Shown one piece after another: positions 1-9,920 of a stretch of 64,000 nucleotides of DNA. Origin of the DNA: Hemiscyllium ocellatum (lineage: Eukaryota). The stretch's first letter is position 1; every line of letters starts with the position of its first letter. The notes under the pieces are model-generated. The model did no database searches, had not been told where the DNA came from, and was given only the letters and a program-made list of their open reading frames with translations. Where the stretch lies: the NCBI RefSeq assembly GCF_020745735.1, contig NC_083439.1, forward strand, positions 30,084,596 through 30,148,595, in the 5' to 3' direction. The translations under genes and the position numbers were made by a program.

Positions 1-479
1 ATGACATGTCCTCAGCTGCTCCTACCACCAAATTCTTCAGTCCATGAACTAAGCTTCCTGTGTAATTTGGTCATGGAAAATATCACTTCCCCCTACCAGG
101 GAGGACAGGGGATTGATGACCACCTTGGAAAAGGAGCTTTCCATTCTGATTAAATCAGTTTCTGGAATGTGAGGGAGAAACAGTTGGTGTTTCTAGTCTG
201 TCCTGATTCTTTTCAGAAGTGCCCATGTGGATTCCCAATGTTACCATCTCCTGAGATGTTGGCTGTCCTGTTGTGTTTGTGGACTGTTATCCCTCTGCTT
301 TCTGACCTCCTACAGTATTGGGAGATCAAACGGAGGGACTGAAAATTACCATGCCCCTGAACTACAAAGCTGTGTTGGCAAGTCTTGAAGGGTTGTGGTC
401 ATTTGACTGAATAGAAACCTAATTTTGAATATTGATGGCCCTAATGATCTATTCGGAGTTGAATGTAAACTGTACTCAC

Positions 480-1230
480 TCCCCAGGACAAGGGATGTGG
501 TTGAAGACATCAAGCACCACCTCTAACATGGATATTTATGAAGATGTCACTATTTACTTCCCCACCTTCCACATCCTCCTCCACAGTAAACACTGAACTG
601 TTCACCCTCCTTGTGCAACTGCAAGATGGTAACAATACCATCTTCAAGTAATGGAGGGCAAGCTGTGTAATAGTGTCAGTATACCTGCAGAAGATGACCT
701 GTTTGTTGTACCTGACAAAGGCAGGCAGAGCTTGGGCCCATGTAGGTGCCTAGGGCTACCCCTTTGCTCTGACAATTCATTTTACCAACCTGCTGCACAT
801 CTCTGGGACACACAATTAACCCCAGTACCCTCTGCCACAGACATGCATGTCCTCAACTGCCTCTGCCACCAAATTCTAGCCACCTCTCAACTGGAGAACC
901 ACATGGGCTCTATGTAGATTTCAACACTTCTGATCTTCCCTTCCCCAGTTTATCCCAGATCCAACCCTCTAATTCAGCACTGTCCAACATGTCTTTCTGA
1001 CATCTCCACACTGACCTACCACCATCACACCCCACCTTCATCTACCTACTGTATTCCCAGCTACCTTCCCCCTGGCCCTACAGTGTTCCATTTAGTTCTC
1101 ATACCCTTGGAACCACCCCTCCCACATTTCTGCTTCAAATGTTGACTGTTCCCCTTGGATGCTGCCTGACTGGCTGTGCTTTACCAACACCACACTTTGA
1201 ATCTGATCTGCAGTCCCCACTTTCTCACTG
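480..1230. mobile_element. Degraded composite: CR1 ORF2 scrap (-), Penelope-like RT scrap (-), Penelope-like EN/terminus (+)
   Basis: The homologous segment at 40673-40957 translates QSKGVAMGTYMAPA (PLE RT) and SSVFTVKEDME (CR1-like); the + strand gives DMHVL..L...QLE as in the PLE at 44200. Repeated near 10420-11175, 21160-21970, 32065-32870, 40630-41490, 48050-48920 and 57750-58630. Confidence 0.6.
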
Positions 1231-1768
1231 GTCCACTGTAATCAGTTCCCAACAACACACTCTTGACAAAAGGTAAGCTTAAACAAAACATTGTTTCTCT
1301 TGCAACTCCAAAAGAGAGAGAGTACCCCCCCCAAAATTTTGAGACGGGTGAGAAATTGCTTCCATTTCTAGGCCCCAGCAGCAACTGCTGCAAGTTAAAA
1401 CTATTAATTCTGGTTCTGAGAGTTTGAAGACACCAAGTCAGGCTGCTTCTATTGTTTCAATTTCTTCAAAATCCAAGGCCTCAGTCTATTTATTTCACCA
1501 GTTTTTCAACAGACAGCTCTCAACCTTTTGGCTTAAAGCCTCTAAAAAACTGTCACATGCTGAAGTCTCCAGAAGAAACTTGCACTCAGGAATAAAAGCA
1601 AAATACTGGACAGGCTGGAAAACTGAAGCAAGCCACAGACTCTGCTGGGAAAACTCAGGTAGTCTAGCTGCATCTGTTGACAGACACTCCTAACCTTTCA
1701 AGAGTCACATTCATCATAAACCATGAACTGTCTTTCCACAGACTCTAAGATATTACCGACAGTGTCTT

Positions 1769-2067
1769 GGGCAGCATGGTGCCACAGTGGTTAGAACTGC
1801 TCCTTGACATCACCAGGGACCTGGGTTTGACCCTTGGGCAATTATCTATGTGGAGTTCTCCCTGTCTCTGTGGGTTTCCTCCCACAATCCAAAGATGTGC
1901 AGGTTAGGTGAGCTGGCTATGGTAAATTGACCATAGTTTTTTGGGATGTGAAGGTTAGATGGATCGTCAGTGGTAAAAGACGAGTAATGGTGTGGGTGGC
2001 TTCCTTTCAGAGGGTTAGTGTGGACTGGTTGGGCTTAATGACCTGTTTCCACACTGCAGGGATTCTA
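1769..2067 (+). mobile_element. tRNA-derived SINE, elasmobranch HE1-like
   Basis: tRNA-like head gggcagcatggtgccacagtggttag...gggacctgggttt, core ccaaagatgtgcaggttagg, CR1-like tail cctgtttccacactgcagggattcta. Paralogous copies near 11714-12012, 22589-22888, 33490-33790, 42061-42350, 45281-45580 (+) and 47210-47497, 56922-57207 (-). Confidence 0.75.
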
Positions 2068-2159
2068 CGTGAATTAACCTCCTGATTCCTTGACACTAAT
2101 GCCTATCACTGAGCCATCTGTCTTAGGCTCAGGCTTCTGTCTACAGGTGGGTGGAACAA

Positions 2160-2495
2160 GTGGCATAATGGTAGTGTTACTGAGACAGGAATTCAGTGAG
2201 TCAGGTTAATCATCTGAGGCTGGAGGCTAAAATTTTATTGTAGTTGCTCATAGAACATGAAAATCCATCTTGTGTTTGAAAATATCTACTCTCGGTAATT
2301 GTGACTGTGAACTAATCTTTTATAAAATCCCATCTCATTCACAATTCCCATCAGGGAAGGAAATCTACCATCTTGACCTGGTCTGGCCTAAATGTGACTC
2401 CAGACTCTCAGCAAGTCACTGATTCTGAAATAGCTGAGCAAACCAATCAAATCAAGGGCAATTAGGGACAGGCAACAAATCCCAGCCACGACAGA
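2160..2495 (+). mobile_element. Second degraded SINE family
   Basis: Motif gggaaggaaatctaccatcttgacctggtctggcctaaatgtgactccagac...gggcaattaggga recalled as a common shark SINE body and tail; recurs near 12105, 22980, 33880, 42442, 45674 and inverted at 46780-47118. Confidence 0.5.
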
Positions 2496-2509
2496 GAAGC
2501 CACAGGATG

Positions 2510-3530
2510 TTAATAGTGAGGGATTGAGCAATGGGAATGTCATGGAGACTGTCATGGTGTGACAGTGAGATTTTCCCTTGTTGGAGACAGTCATTGCCTG
2601 ACAGTTGTGTGTTCTGAATGTGAATGTTGTTCAGATCTTGCTGCATTTGAACAGGGACTGTTTCAGTATCTGTGACGTTGTCAATGGGGCTGAACACTGG
2701 GCAATGATGAGCAAACATCCCCACTTGTGCCATTCTGATGGAGGGAAGGTCATTGATGGAGCAGTTGACATGGTTGCGTCTAAGAGAGTACCTTGAGGAA
2801 CTCTGGCAAAGATGTCCTGGGAATGTGGGGATTGAACATTGATAACCAGAACCATGACTCCAACCAACAAAGAGGGTTTTCTAGGGCCTCTTTGGTACAT
2901 TGTTTAATCAAATTCTGCCTTGGTCTTAAAGCAGTCACTCTCACTTCCCCTCTTTACGTTCAGCCTTTTTAGTCATACTTGGACTAAGCTGCACTGAGAT
3001 CAGGAGCTGGGTAGCCCTGGTGGAACACAGACTGAGCATCAGTGACCAGGTTAGTGTGGAGGACATGTGCCTTGATAACACTGTTGACAAAACCTTCCAT
3101 CTCTTCACTTGTGATTGAGAGTGGATTGGTGGGGAAGGAATTGGCAAGGTTGGATTTGTCCCACTTTTTTTGTCAACAGGTCACTACTGGGCAATTATCT
3201 CCATTTCCAGGTAGATGCTGCAGTTGTAGCTGTACTGGAACAGAATGGACAGAGACACGGCCCGTTCAGGATCACAGCTCATTCACCTTATTCCCACAAT
3301 GTTAGTCAGGGTGCATTGGCTTCACAGTATCCAATGTCTACAGCTGTTTCTTGATGTCACGTGGAGTCAATAGTACTGACTGAAGACAGGTATTATTGAG
3401 GCTGGGGACTACAATGGATTGTCCCTTTGGAGTTTTCTGGCTGTAGATTGTTGCAAACGCTTCAGCCTTATCCTTTGCGCAGTGCCCCCCATTGAAGGTG
3501 GGGAAGTTTGTGGAACCGCCTCCTCTTGGC
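2510..3530 (-). mobile_element. Degraded non-LTR retrotransposon RT fragments (CR1/L2 group, second family)
   Basis: RVPQGTLL, INDLPSIR.QVGMFA(DD)C, QMQQDLNNI, KDKAEAFATI.SQK, TPRDIKKQL. Paralogues near 12455-13500, 23330-24400, 34225-35280, 42790-43203 (-) and 46363-46765 (+). Confidence 0.72.
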
Positions 3531-3552
3531 AATTTTTAAACTCGGACTCCTA

Positions 3553-5090
3553 CAGCACACAGAGGCCCTTCAGCCCAAACTGTTCCACACTGTCCACAAT
3601 GTCCATCCACACTGTCCATCCATTTCCCTGTACAGGGCCCATAGCCTTCTCATCCTTTCCTATCCATGTATTTCTCTAAATGCATTTTTGAACATTGTTT
3701 ATGTACCTGCCTCAAACACTACTTATTCCATCTGCGTACCCCCACCTCTGAGTGAAATCATTGCCCCTCCGGTTCCCTTTAATTCTTTCCCCTCTCACCT
3801 TTAATCTGATGTTTCTCTAGTCCTTGACTCCTCCTCACTTGGAAAAAGACTGAGTATTTTCATCCCATCCATGCCTTTCATGATCTTATACACTTCCAAA
3901 AGAATTCATCACCTCCCCCTCCCCCTCCCCCAAGTCTCCTTTGATCTGAAGAAAAAAAGTTTGAACGTGTCTGACCTCTCCCTCCAACTCAGACCCTGAG
4001 TCCTGGCAACATCCTTGGAAATTCCTTCTGCACTCTATCCTGTTTAATAGCATCTTTCCTGTAGCAAGGTGACCAAAACTGAACACAATACTCCAAGTGC
4101 AGCCTCAACAACATTCTGTACACCTGCAACATCACTTCCCAATGTCTGTACTCACTGCCCTGCCTGATGAAGGCCAGTGTGCCCATAGCCTCCTTCACTG
4201 CCCTGTCTACCTGTGACTCCACTTTCAGAGAACCATACACCTGAACTCCAAGGTCCCTCTGTTCCACTACACTCCTTAAGGCCCAACCATTCATCATGAA
4301 ACTCCTACCTTGATGTGACTTTCAAAACTGTAACACCCCATACTGATCGACATTGAACTCCATTTGCAATTTCTCGGTGCACGTGCTCAGTTGGGAGAAA
4401 GTGAGGACTGTAGATGCTGGAGATCAGAGTCAGGAAGCGTGGTACAGTAAACACAGTCGGTCAGGCAGCATCTGAGGAACAAGAGAGATAACGTTTCAAG
4501 CAAAAGCTCTTCATCAGGAATGAGGGGTACCCCCAAGGGGGCTGAGATATAATTGGGATAGAATGGGGCTGGAAGGAGGTGAAATAAGGAAACTGGTGAA
4601 ACCAACATGGTCCAATCACATGGGATCATGGTAACCTCCTTCACTGTCCACTACACCTCCAATTTAGGTGTCATCTGCAAACTTACTAACGATACCTCCT
4701 ATGTTCACATCCAAATCATTTATACAAATGACAAAAAGCAGTGGACCCAGCACCGATCCATATGGCACACCACTGGTCACAGGCCTCCAGTCTGAAAAGC
4801 AATCCTCCACCACTACCCTGTGTCCTCTATCTTCGAGCCAGTTCTGTATCCACATCCCTGTATTTCATGAGATCTAACCTTGCTGATTAGTCACTCATGA
4901 GGAACCTTGTGAAATGCCTTGCTAAAGTCCACATGTATCATGTCCACCACTCTGCCTTCATCAATTCTCTTTGTGATTTCTTCAAAAAAAAACAATCAAG
5001 TTCTTGAGACATGACTTCACATGCACAAAGCCATGCTGACTACCCTAATCGGTCTTTGGCTTACCAAATACACGTGAATCCTGTCCCTCG
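3553..5090 (-). mobile_element. CR1-like LINE 3' fragment (RT C-terminus and 3' end), interrupted by a PLE terminus
   Basis: WIQNWL...[24 protein letters not shown]...SKFADDT; RDLGVQV; RLHLEYCVQFWSP; frameshifted. Confidence 0.88.
4386..4600 (-). mobile_element. Penelope-like terminal fragment with a degenerate hammerhead motif, nested in CR1
   Basis: Reverse complement cattcCTGATGAagagcttttgcttGAAACGTT...gatgctgcctgacc...ctgcagtcctcactttctcc-type end matches 44521-44620; repeated near 14360-14570, 25265-25470, 36135-36350 and 54400-54600. Confidence 0.7.
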
Positions 5091-5149
5091 TTGCCAACCA
5101 CTGTACTAACATGACACCACATCTTCCATTTTAGAATGAAAGTTCTCTG

Positions 5150-5370
5150 AACACCCCACACCTACATCTACCTATCGCCATCTCAGCTGCCTTCCCCGTA
5201 CCGCTAATCTCCTATTTATCTCTCAGCCCCCTTTTCCAACCCATAATCCTGATGAAGGGCTTATACCCGAAACCGACTCTCCTGTTCCTCAGATGCTGCA
5301 TGACCTGCTGTACTTTTCAGGGCCCATACACTTTGCCTGTGAACTCCAGAATCTGCAGACCTCACTTTCT
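5150..5370 (+). mobile_element. Penelope-like terminal fragment ~0.9-1.1 kb upstream of the ZP3 ATG
   Basis: CTGATGAagggcttatacccGAAAC...gatgctgcatgacctgctg; repeated near 15690-15915, 26580-26810, 37465-37690 and inverted near 53115-53335, 62840-63065. Confidence 0.68.
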
Positions 5371-6016
5371 CCCTCAACACCATCCCCCAACAAACTCTGC
5401 CAGAGCAAGGTCAGCGTGGGACTCGATACATGAGCTTCCTCTGCTCATTTTCACTGAACGGAAAGCTGTCTCTACACTTTTAAACTAAATGTACAGCTAC
5501 ACTCTGCATCAAATACTTTCAATCCAGGGACCTCTCTGAGTTAGAAACAGAGTAAAAGATTCTACTCTCTGCAACTGAAACTAAAGCTTCCGCTTTTCTT
5601 GAAAACTGGAAGGAAAGCTGTCCCCATCAAAGGTTCCCAGGACAGAGACAGCACGCAGTGAAATACAGAGTAAAACTGCCTCGAGTCTATAAATTAAAAT
5701 AAACTGAAAGTAAAGCTCTCCCTGCATTGTCCCGATCAAACATTCCCCTGACATGGACATGACAAGTTTAGATAATGAATAAAGCTTTGTCCATATTGCC
5801 TCCATCAAACACTTCCAGGGGGAGGAGTAACAAAAGGTCAATCCCTTTGTTCTACCCAAACCCCAGCCTCAGACAATCTCTCCGTGGGTCTCACTGTCAA
5901 TCTCCTCGGGTGAGGGTGGGCAGGACCCAGGAGACACCCTCCTGGATCAATGAGCTATGTTTGATGATTGTATTGATGGGGCCTTCATCATGAGACCTTG
6001 TGGAGCTGAATTCAGT

Positions 6017-6194
6017 CAGGTGACAGCACAGCAGCTCACAGCCACTCCTATTGGTCCAAATGAAATAGGTCCGCCTGGTAATAACTCGAGTTCAGTCATT
6101 GGTGGACATTGTAGAGGTTGGGCTGGTTGATTGGTTCAATGGTGCTGCTTCTGATCACATTGGTGTCAGGTGAGTGCAGGTTGTGTGTATAAAA
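6017..6194 (+). promoter_or_regulatory. ZP3 copy 1 proximal promoter: E-boxes, reverse CCAAT cluster, TATA box
   Basis: CAGGTG 6017-6022 and 6167-6172; ATTGG at 6050, 6098, 6130, 6159; TATAAAA 6188-6194, 52 nt before the ATG; layout conserved in all six copies. Confidence 0.7.
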
Positions 6195-6239
6195 GGAGCT
6201 GGTTGGGGGTGTGTGGGGATGGTTGAGTTGTTTGTGATC

Positions 6240-8859
6240 ATGGGTGATTTTGTAGTGAGGGGTTTGTTCCCTTTGTTGGTGTTAGTTGGAGCTGTTTGTT
6301 GCTCTGAAACATGGCAACAGTTTCTGAGCCAGAGGTTTCCATGGACAATAGTGAGAGCCAGCCCTGCTCCTGAGAGAGTGCCTCCTCATGGGGATCCCAT
6401 TGGTTCCAGTTTCCGAATGTCTGAGGTTGGAAGTGTGTCCCCACTGCAGACTGTGATGGTGCAGTGTGGAGAGCACAACCTGCTGGTCAGGGCCCAGCTG
6501 GATTTATTTGGAACTGGGCACCTGATTAAAGCTGCTGACCTGACCCTGGGGACAGCAGGTTGTCAGCCAACCAGGGTCTACCCTGAGAATCAGACTGTCC
6601 TCTTTGACTATGGGCTGCATGAGTGTGGTAGTAGATTGCAGGTAATGGAGGTTGTCTACAGTTGCTGGAAACTTGGGCTGTAGTTGATTCCTGACTGTAA
6701 TTCTAAATGTGATGTTAATATTGAGAACTATGCTCCTACACTCTCAAATTATCAGACTAGGTTCCTCTCCTGGATTGGACTGTGCATGAACTGTTCTCCA
6801 TCTCTAGACTTGTGCTCCCATTCTCATTGGTTTAAAGTGTCTGATTTACAGGGGTTGTTTTTTCAGTATGAATTAAGTATCATGTGTTGACTTGTGGGTG
6901 GTGTTTTGATGCTGTGTTCTCCTGACTTGGTTTAGTGACCTTCTATAGTGTCTTTATATATAACTACTTTCACAATAGTGAGGTCGCAGGAGCACAAATC
7001 TTAGTAGCATGACTTGTTTAGTTGGATGGAAAGTAGCTCCACAACCACCAGGCAAATTGTCTTGACTCCTTCCCACTGAGGGTGCTATTCTATGAATAAA
7101 TTGACTGCTCTTGTACTTGAGGAGCTCTACATTTAGCATGTAAAAATGTTTTATTCTATTCTAGCTAATTATTTTCTCTATTCTTCCCATCTCTTGCACA
7201 CTCTTATTGCCTCATTGTCAACTGTGTAGAACCCTCATTTCAGACCAGCCCCTCATTCGTAAACCTGGTGTCTTTCAGATGACTGGAGATTTCCTGGTCT
7301 ACACCACCCACCTGACCCACATCCCAAACTATCCTGGATCTGTCATCGTGAGAACAAATGGTGCTGTTGTTCCCATTGAATGTCGGTATTTCAGGTGAGA
7401 ACTTTTTCCTCGATTGTCAGTATGATCCCTTGCTGCTGTTGTCTGACACTATCCTAAAATGGCTGCCCTGTCTCCTTTCCCCAGGAAGGGCAATGTGAGC
7501 AGCAATCCCATCAAGCCCACCTGGATCCCATTCTTCTCCACCAGGTCTGGAGAAGGGCATCTGTCATTCTCACTGCGTCTAATGAATGGTATGTGATGGG
7601 TGGCTGGGGAGGGATCTCCCGGTGGCTCTGTGGGAGTTGTACTCATTGGCTCCAACTCTTGTCTTGCTGTACTTCAGGTGATTGGCTTACAGAACGCACT
7701 TCCACTGTCTACTACCTAGGAGACCTCATTCACATTGAGGCATCTGTTTCAATGGCCAACCATGTGTCCCTGAAGCTGTACATTGATCGCTGTGTAGCTA
7801 CACTGAGCCCAGACAAGGACTCCACCCCAAGATACAGCATCGTTGACTACAATGGGTAAGGAGCTCTCTGCTTTCTCCAGCTGCTCCCATCTCAATGGCT
7901 TCACTCCATTCACTTCATGGCCCTTTGTCCATCTGCAGTTGCCTCCTGGACAGCAAAGCTGAGGACTCCTTTTCAACCTTTGTGTTGCCGAGAGACGGGC
8001 GGGAGCCGGACAAGCTCCAGTTTGACCTGGATGCCTTCCGTTTCTATGGAGATGAGCGATCCTTGGTAAGAGGAAGCTGCTGATGTGCTTCTCCACATTG
8101 GGGAGGGAGTCACTAAACACTGACTTGTTCTGTGTCCCTCAGATATTCATCACCTGTCACCTGAGAGTTGCTGCAGTGGATCAGGGAGATTCCAGGAACA
8201 AAGCTTGTACTTTCCAGAAGCTGGAGCATATGTAAGTTCCCTCTCCCTGTCCCTCAGGGATGTTGTTGTTGGGAGAGGTGATGCACCATGTGGTTGATGG
8301 ACTGTTTCTCTTGTTTAGCTGGAGCCCATTGGAGGGGTCAGACAGTGACATTTGTGCCTGTTGCCATGTGGGGAATTGTGGGAGCACAAGGGAGATCCTG
8401 ATCCCTTTCAGAGGAAGGAGAGACCTTGCTACTGAAGCAGGTAGGATGTTGACCCTCTAAATGTTGGATCTCCCCCCACCCCCCACCCCCTACCCCCTTC
8501 CTGACTGGGATGTTTCTTCTTTCAGAGAGTGAAGCTGGATTGAAGTGGGAGGGGGAGGCCTCACTTGGCCCCCTGATCATTCTGGATACTGAGCTGACAA
8601 ACCTGGCAACTCCTCCCCTAACTGAGGGTGATGGAAAGATGCAGGAGAGGTCTCCAAGCGGTGAGTTGGCTGCCTGCTAGTTTCCCTTTCTGTCCCTGTT
8701 TTCCCTCAGTAACCATTGGTTTCTCCTTGTTTTGTAGGTGTGGAGTCAGAGCTGGTTGTGATGGTGGTCCTGACTGTGACAGCTGTCTGTCTGATCTCTG
8801 CTTCATTGCTGGCATTCCTCCTGTACAGGAGACACAAGCAAACACCCATCAACTGGTGA
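6240..8859 (+). CDS. ZP3: Zona pellucida sperm-binding protein 3-like (ZP3/ZPC), copy 1, intact, 464 aa, 9 coding exons
   Basis: join(6240-6641,7279-7394,7485-7588,7678-7855,7939-8065,8143-8231,8319-8440,8526-8660,8738-8859) = 1395 nt; all introns GT-AG with consistent phase. Signal peptide [22 protein letters not shown]; ZP-N VQCGEH...DLFGTG...LHECGS...VPIECRY; linker [12 protein letters not shown]; IHP FSLRLM; [12 protein letters not shown]...GCLLDS...IFITCHL...NKACTF; ZP3-specific CACCHVGNC; furin site RGRR; [13 protein letters not shown]; [27 protein letters not shown]. Confidence 0.93.
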
Positions 8860-8870
8860 TTGAATTAGTC

Positions 8871-8876
8871 AATAAA
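8871..8876 (+). terminator. Polyadenylation signal of ZP3 copy 1
   Basis: AATAAA 11 nt after the stop, followed by a GT/T-rich tract; conserved at 19559, 30449, 40080 (+) and 49476-49481, 59181-59186 (-). Confidence 0.72.
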
Positions 8877-9764
8877 GCAGTGATTCATAGTGTCTTCTGT
8901 CTGGAGCTGGTTTTGTTTCATTTTTTTAGTTTAAACTATTCCTGGGTACAATCCCTGGGTTGAGCCTCTCCAATCCATGAACTGAGCTTCCTGAATGATT
9001 TAGGTTATGGAAGATTGTTTGCCCCTTCTGGTGAGTACAGGGGATTGATGACATTAGTTGGTGCTTTCCATTCTGATTAAATCACTTTGCAGAATGTGCT
9101 GGAGGAAGCTCTCTGTGGCCCTGTCTAAGGGAGAAACAGTTGGTGCTTGTCATCTGCTGATTCTTTTGAGGGGTCTGTGGATTCCCTGAGATGTTGCCAG
9201 TCCTGTTGTCTTTGTGAACTGGTATCCCTCCAATTTCTGACATCTACAGTATTGGGATGTCAAACTGATGGGCTGAATGTTGTCATTTCTCCAACCATGA
9301 AGCTGGGTTGGCAGTCCTCTAGGATTGTGGGCATTGACTGACTAGAAACATCATTTTGAATATTGGTAGTTCTAATATTCTATTGAGCATTGAGTTTATT
9401 AAACTGTGCTCACCCCTCTAGGGGATGTCTTTTTAAGACATCACTACCACCACCTGTGTAATATGGATATTTTTGAAGAAGTCACCACCTACATCCCTAA
9501 TTTGCACTTTTTTCCATAATGTCCTCCACATAGTAACCTCTAAACTGCTCACTACCCTTTTCATCAGTGTAATGGAGGAAAAGGGGTGTAATGGTTCTGC
9601 TGTGGCTGCAGGAGAGGCACTGTTTCATTTCCCTGACAGAGGCAGGCATAGCTGGGTCCCATACAGGCACCCATGCCTACCTCTTTGCTCTGCAGGTTGG
9701 TTTCACCAGCCTGCAGAACATCTCTGGGACACACAATTGACCATGTACCCTGAGGGTGGCTGTT

Positions 9765-9920
9765 ACAATTGCAACAGTAAGAGGCATTTGGATGGGTATA
9801 TGAATAGGAAGGGTTTGGAGGGATATGGGCTGGGTGTTGGCAGGTGATTAGATTGGGTTAGGATATCTGGCTAGCATGGATGGGTTAGACCAAAGGGTCT
9901 GTTTCCATGCTGTACATCTG
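9765..9920 (+). mobile_element. Short CR1 3'-end insertion
   Basis: ggcatttggatgggtatatgaataggaagggtttggagggatatggg...gggtctgtttccatgctgta; also near 20455-20620 and 31358-31520. Confidence 0.65.

Noticed and set aside
3912-3931. C-rich/G-rich runs as functional G-quadruplexes
   Set aside because: Length-variable low-complexity tracts inside transposon remnants and introns; no supporting evidence.
6174-6239. Longer N-terminus from the ORF track (MQVVCIKG..., or ATG at 6219)
   Set aside because: The ORF-track start lies upstream of the TATA box, and ATG 6219 is only 31 nt after the TATA start, about where transcription should begin. ATG 6240 directly opens a signal peptide.
7749-8963. Recurrent 60-125 aa ORFs such as [11 protein letters not shown]..., MMERCRRG..., [10 protein letters not shown]...
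   Set aside because: Antisense or off-frame readings of ZP3 exons and introns; they recur only because the unit is duplicated.
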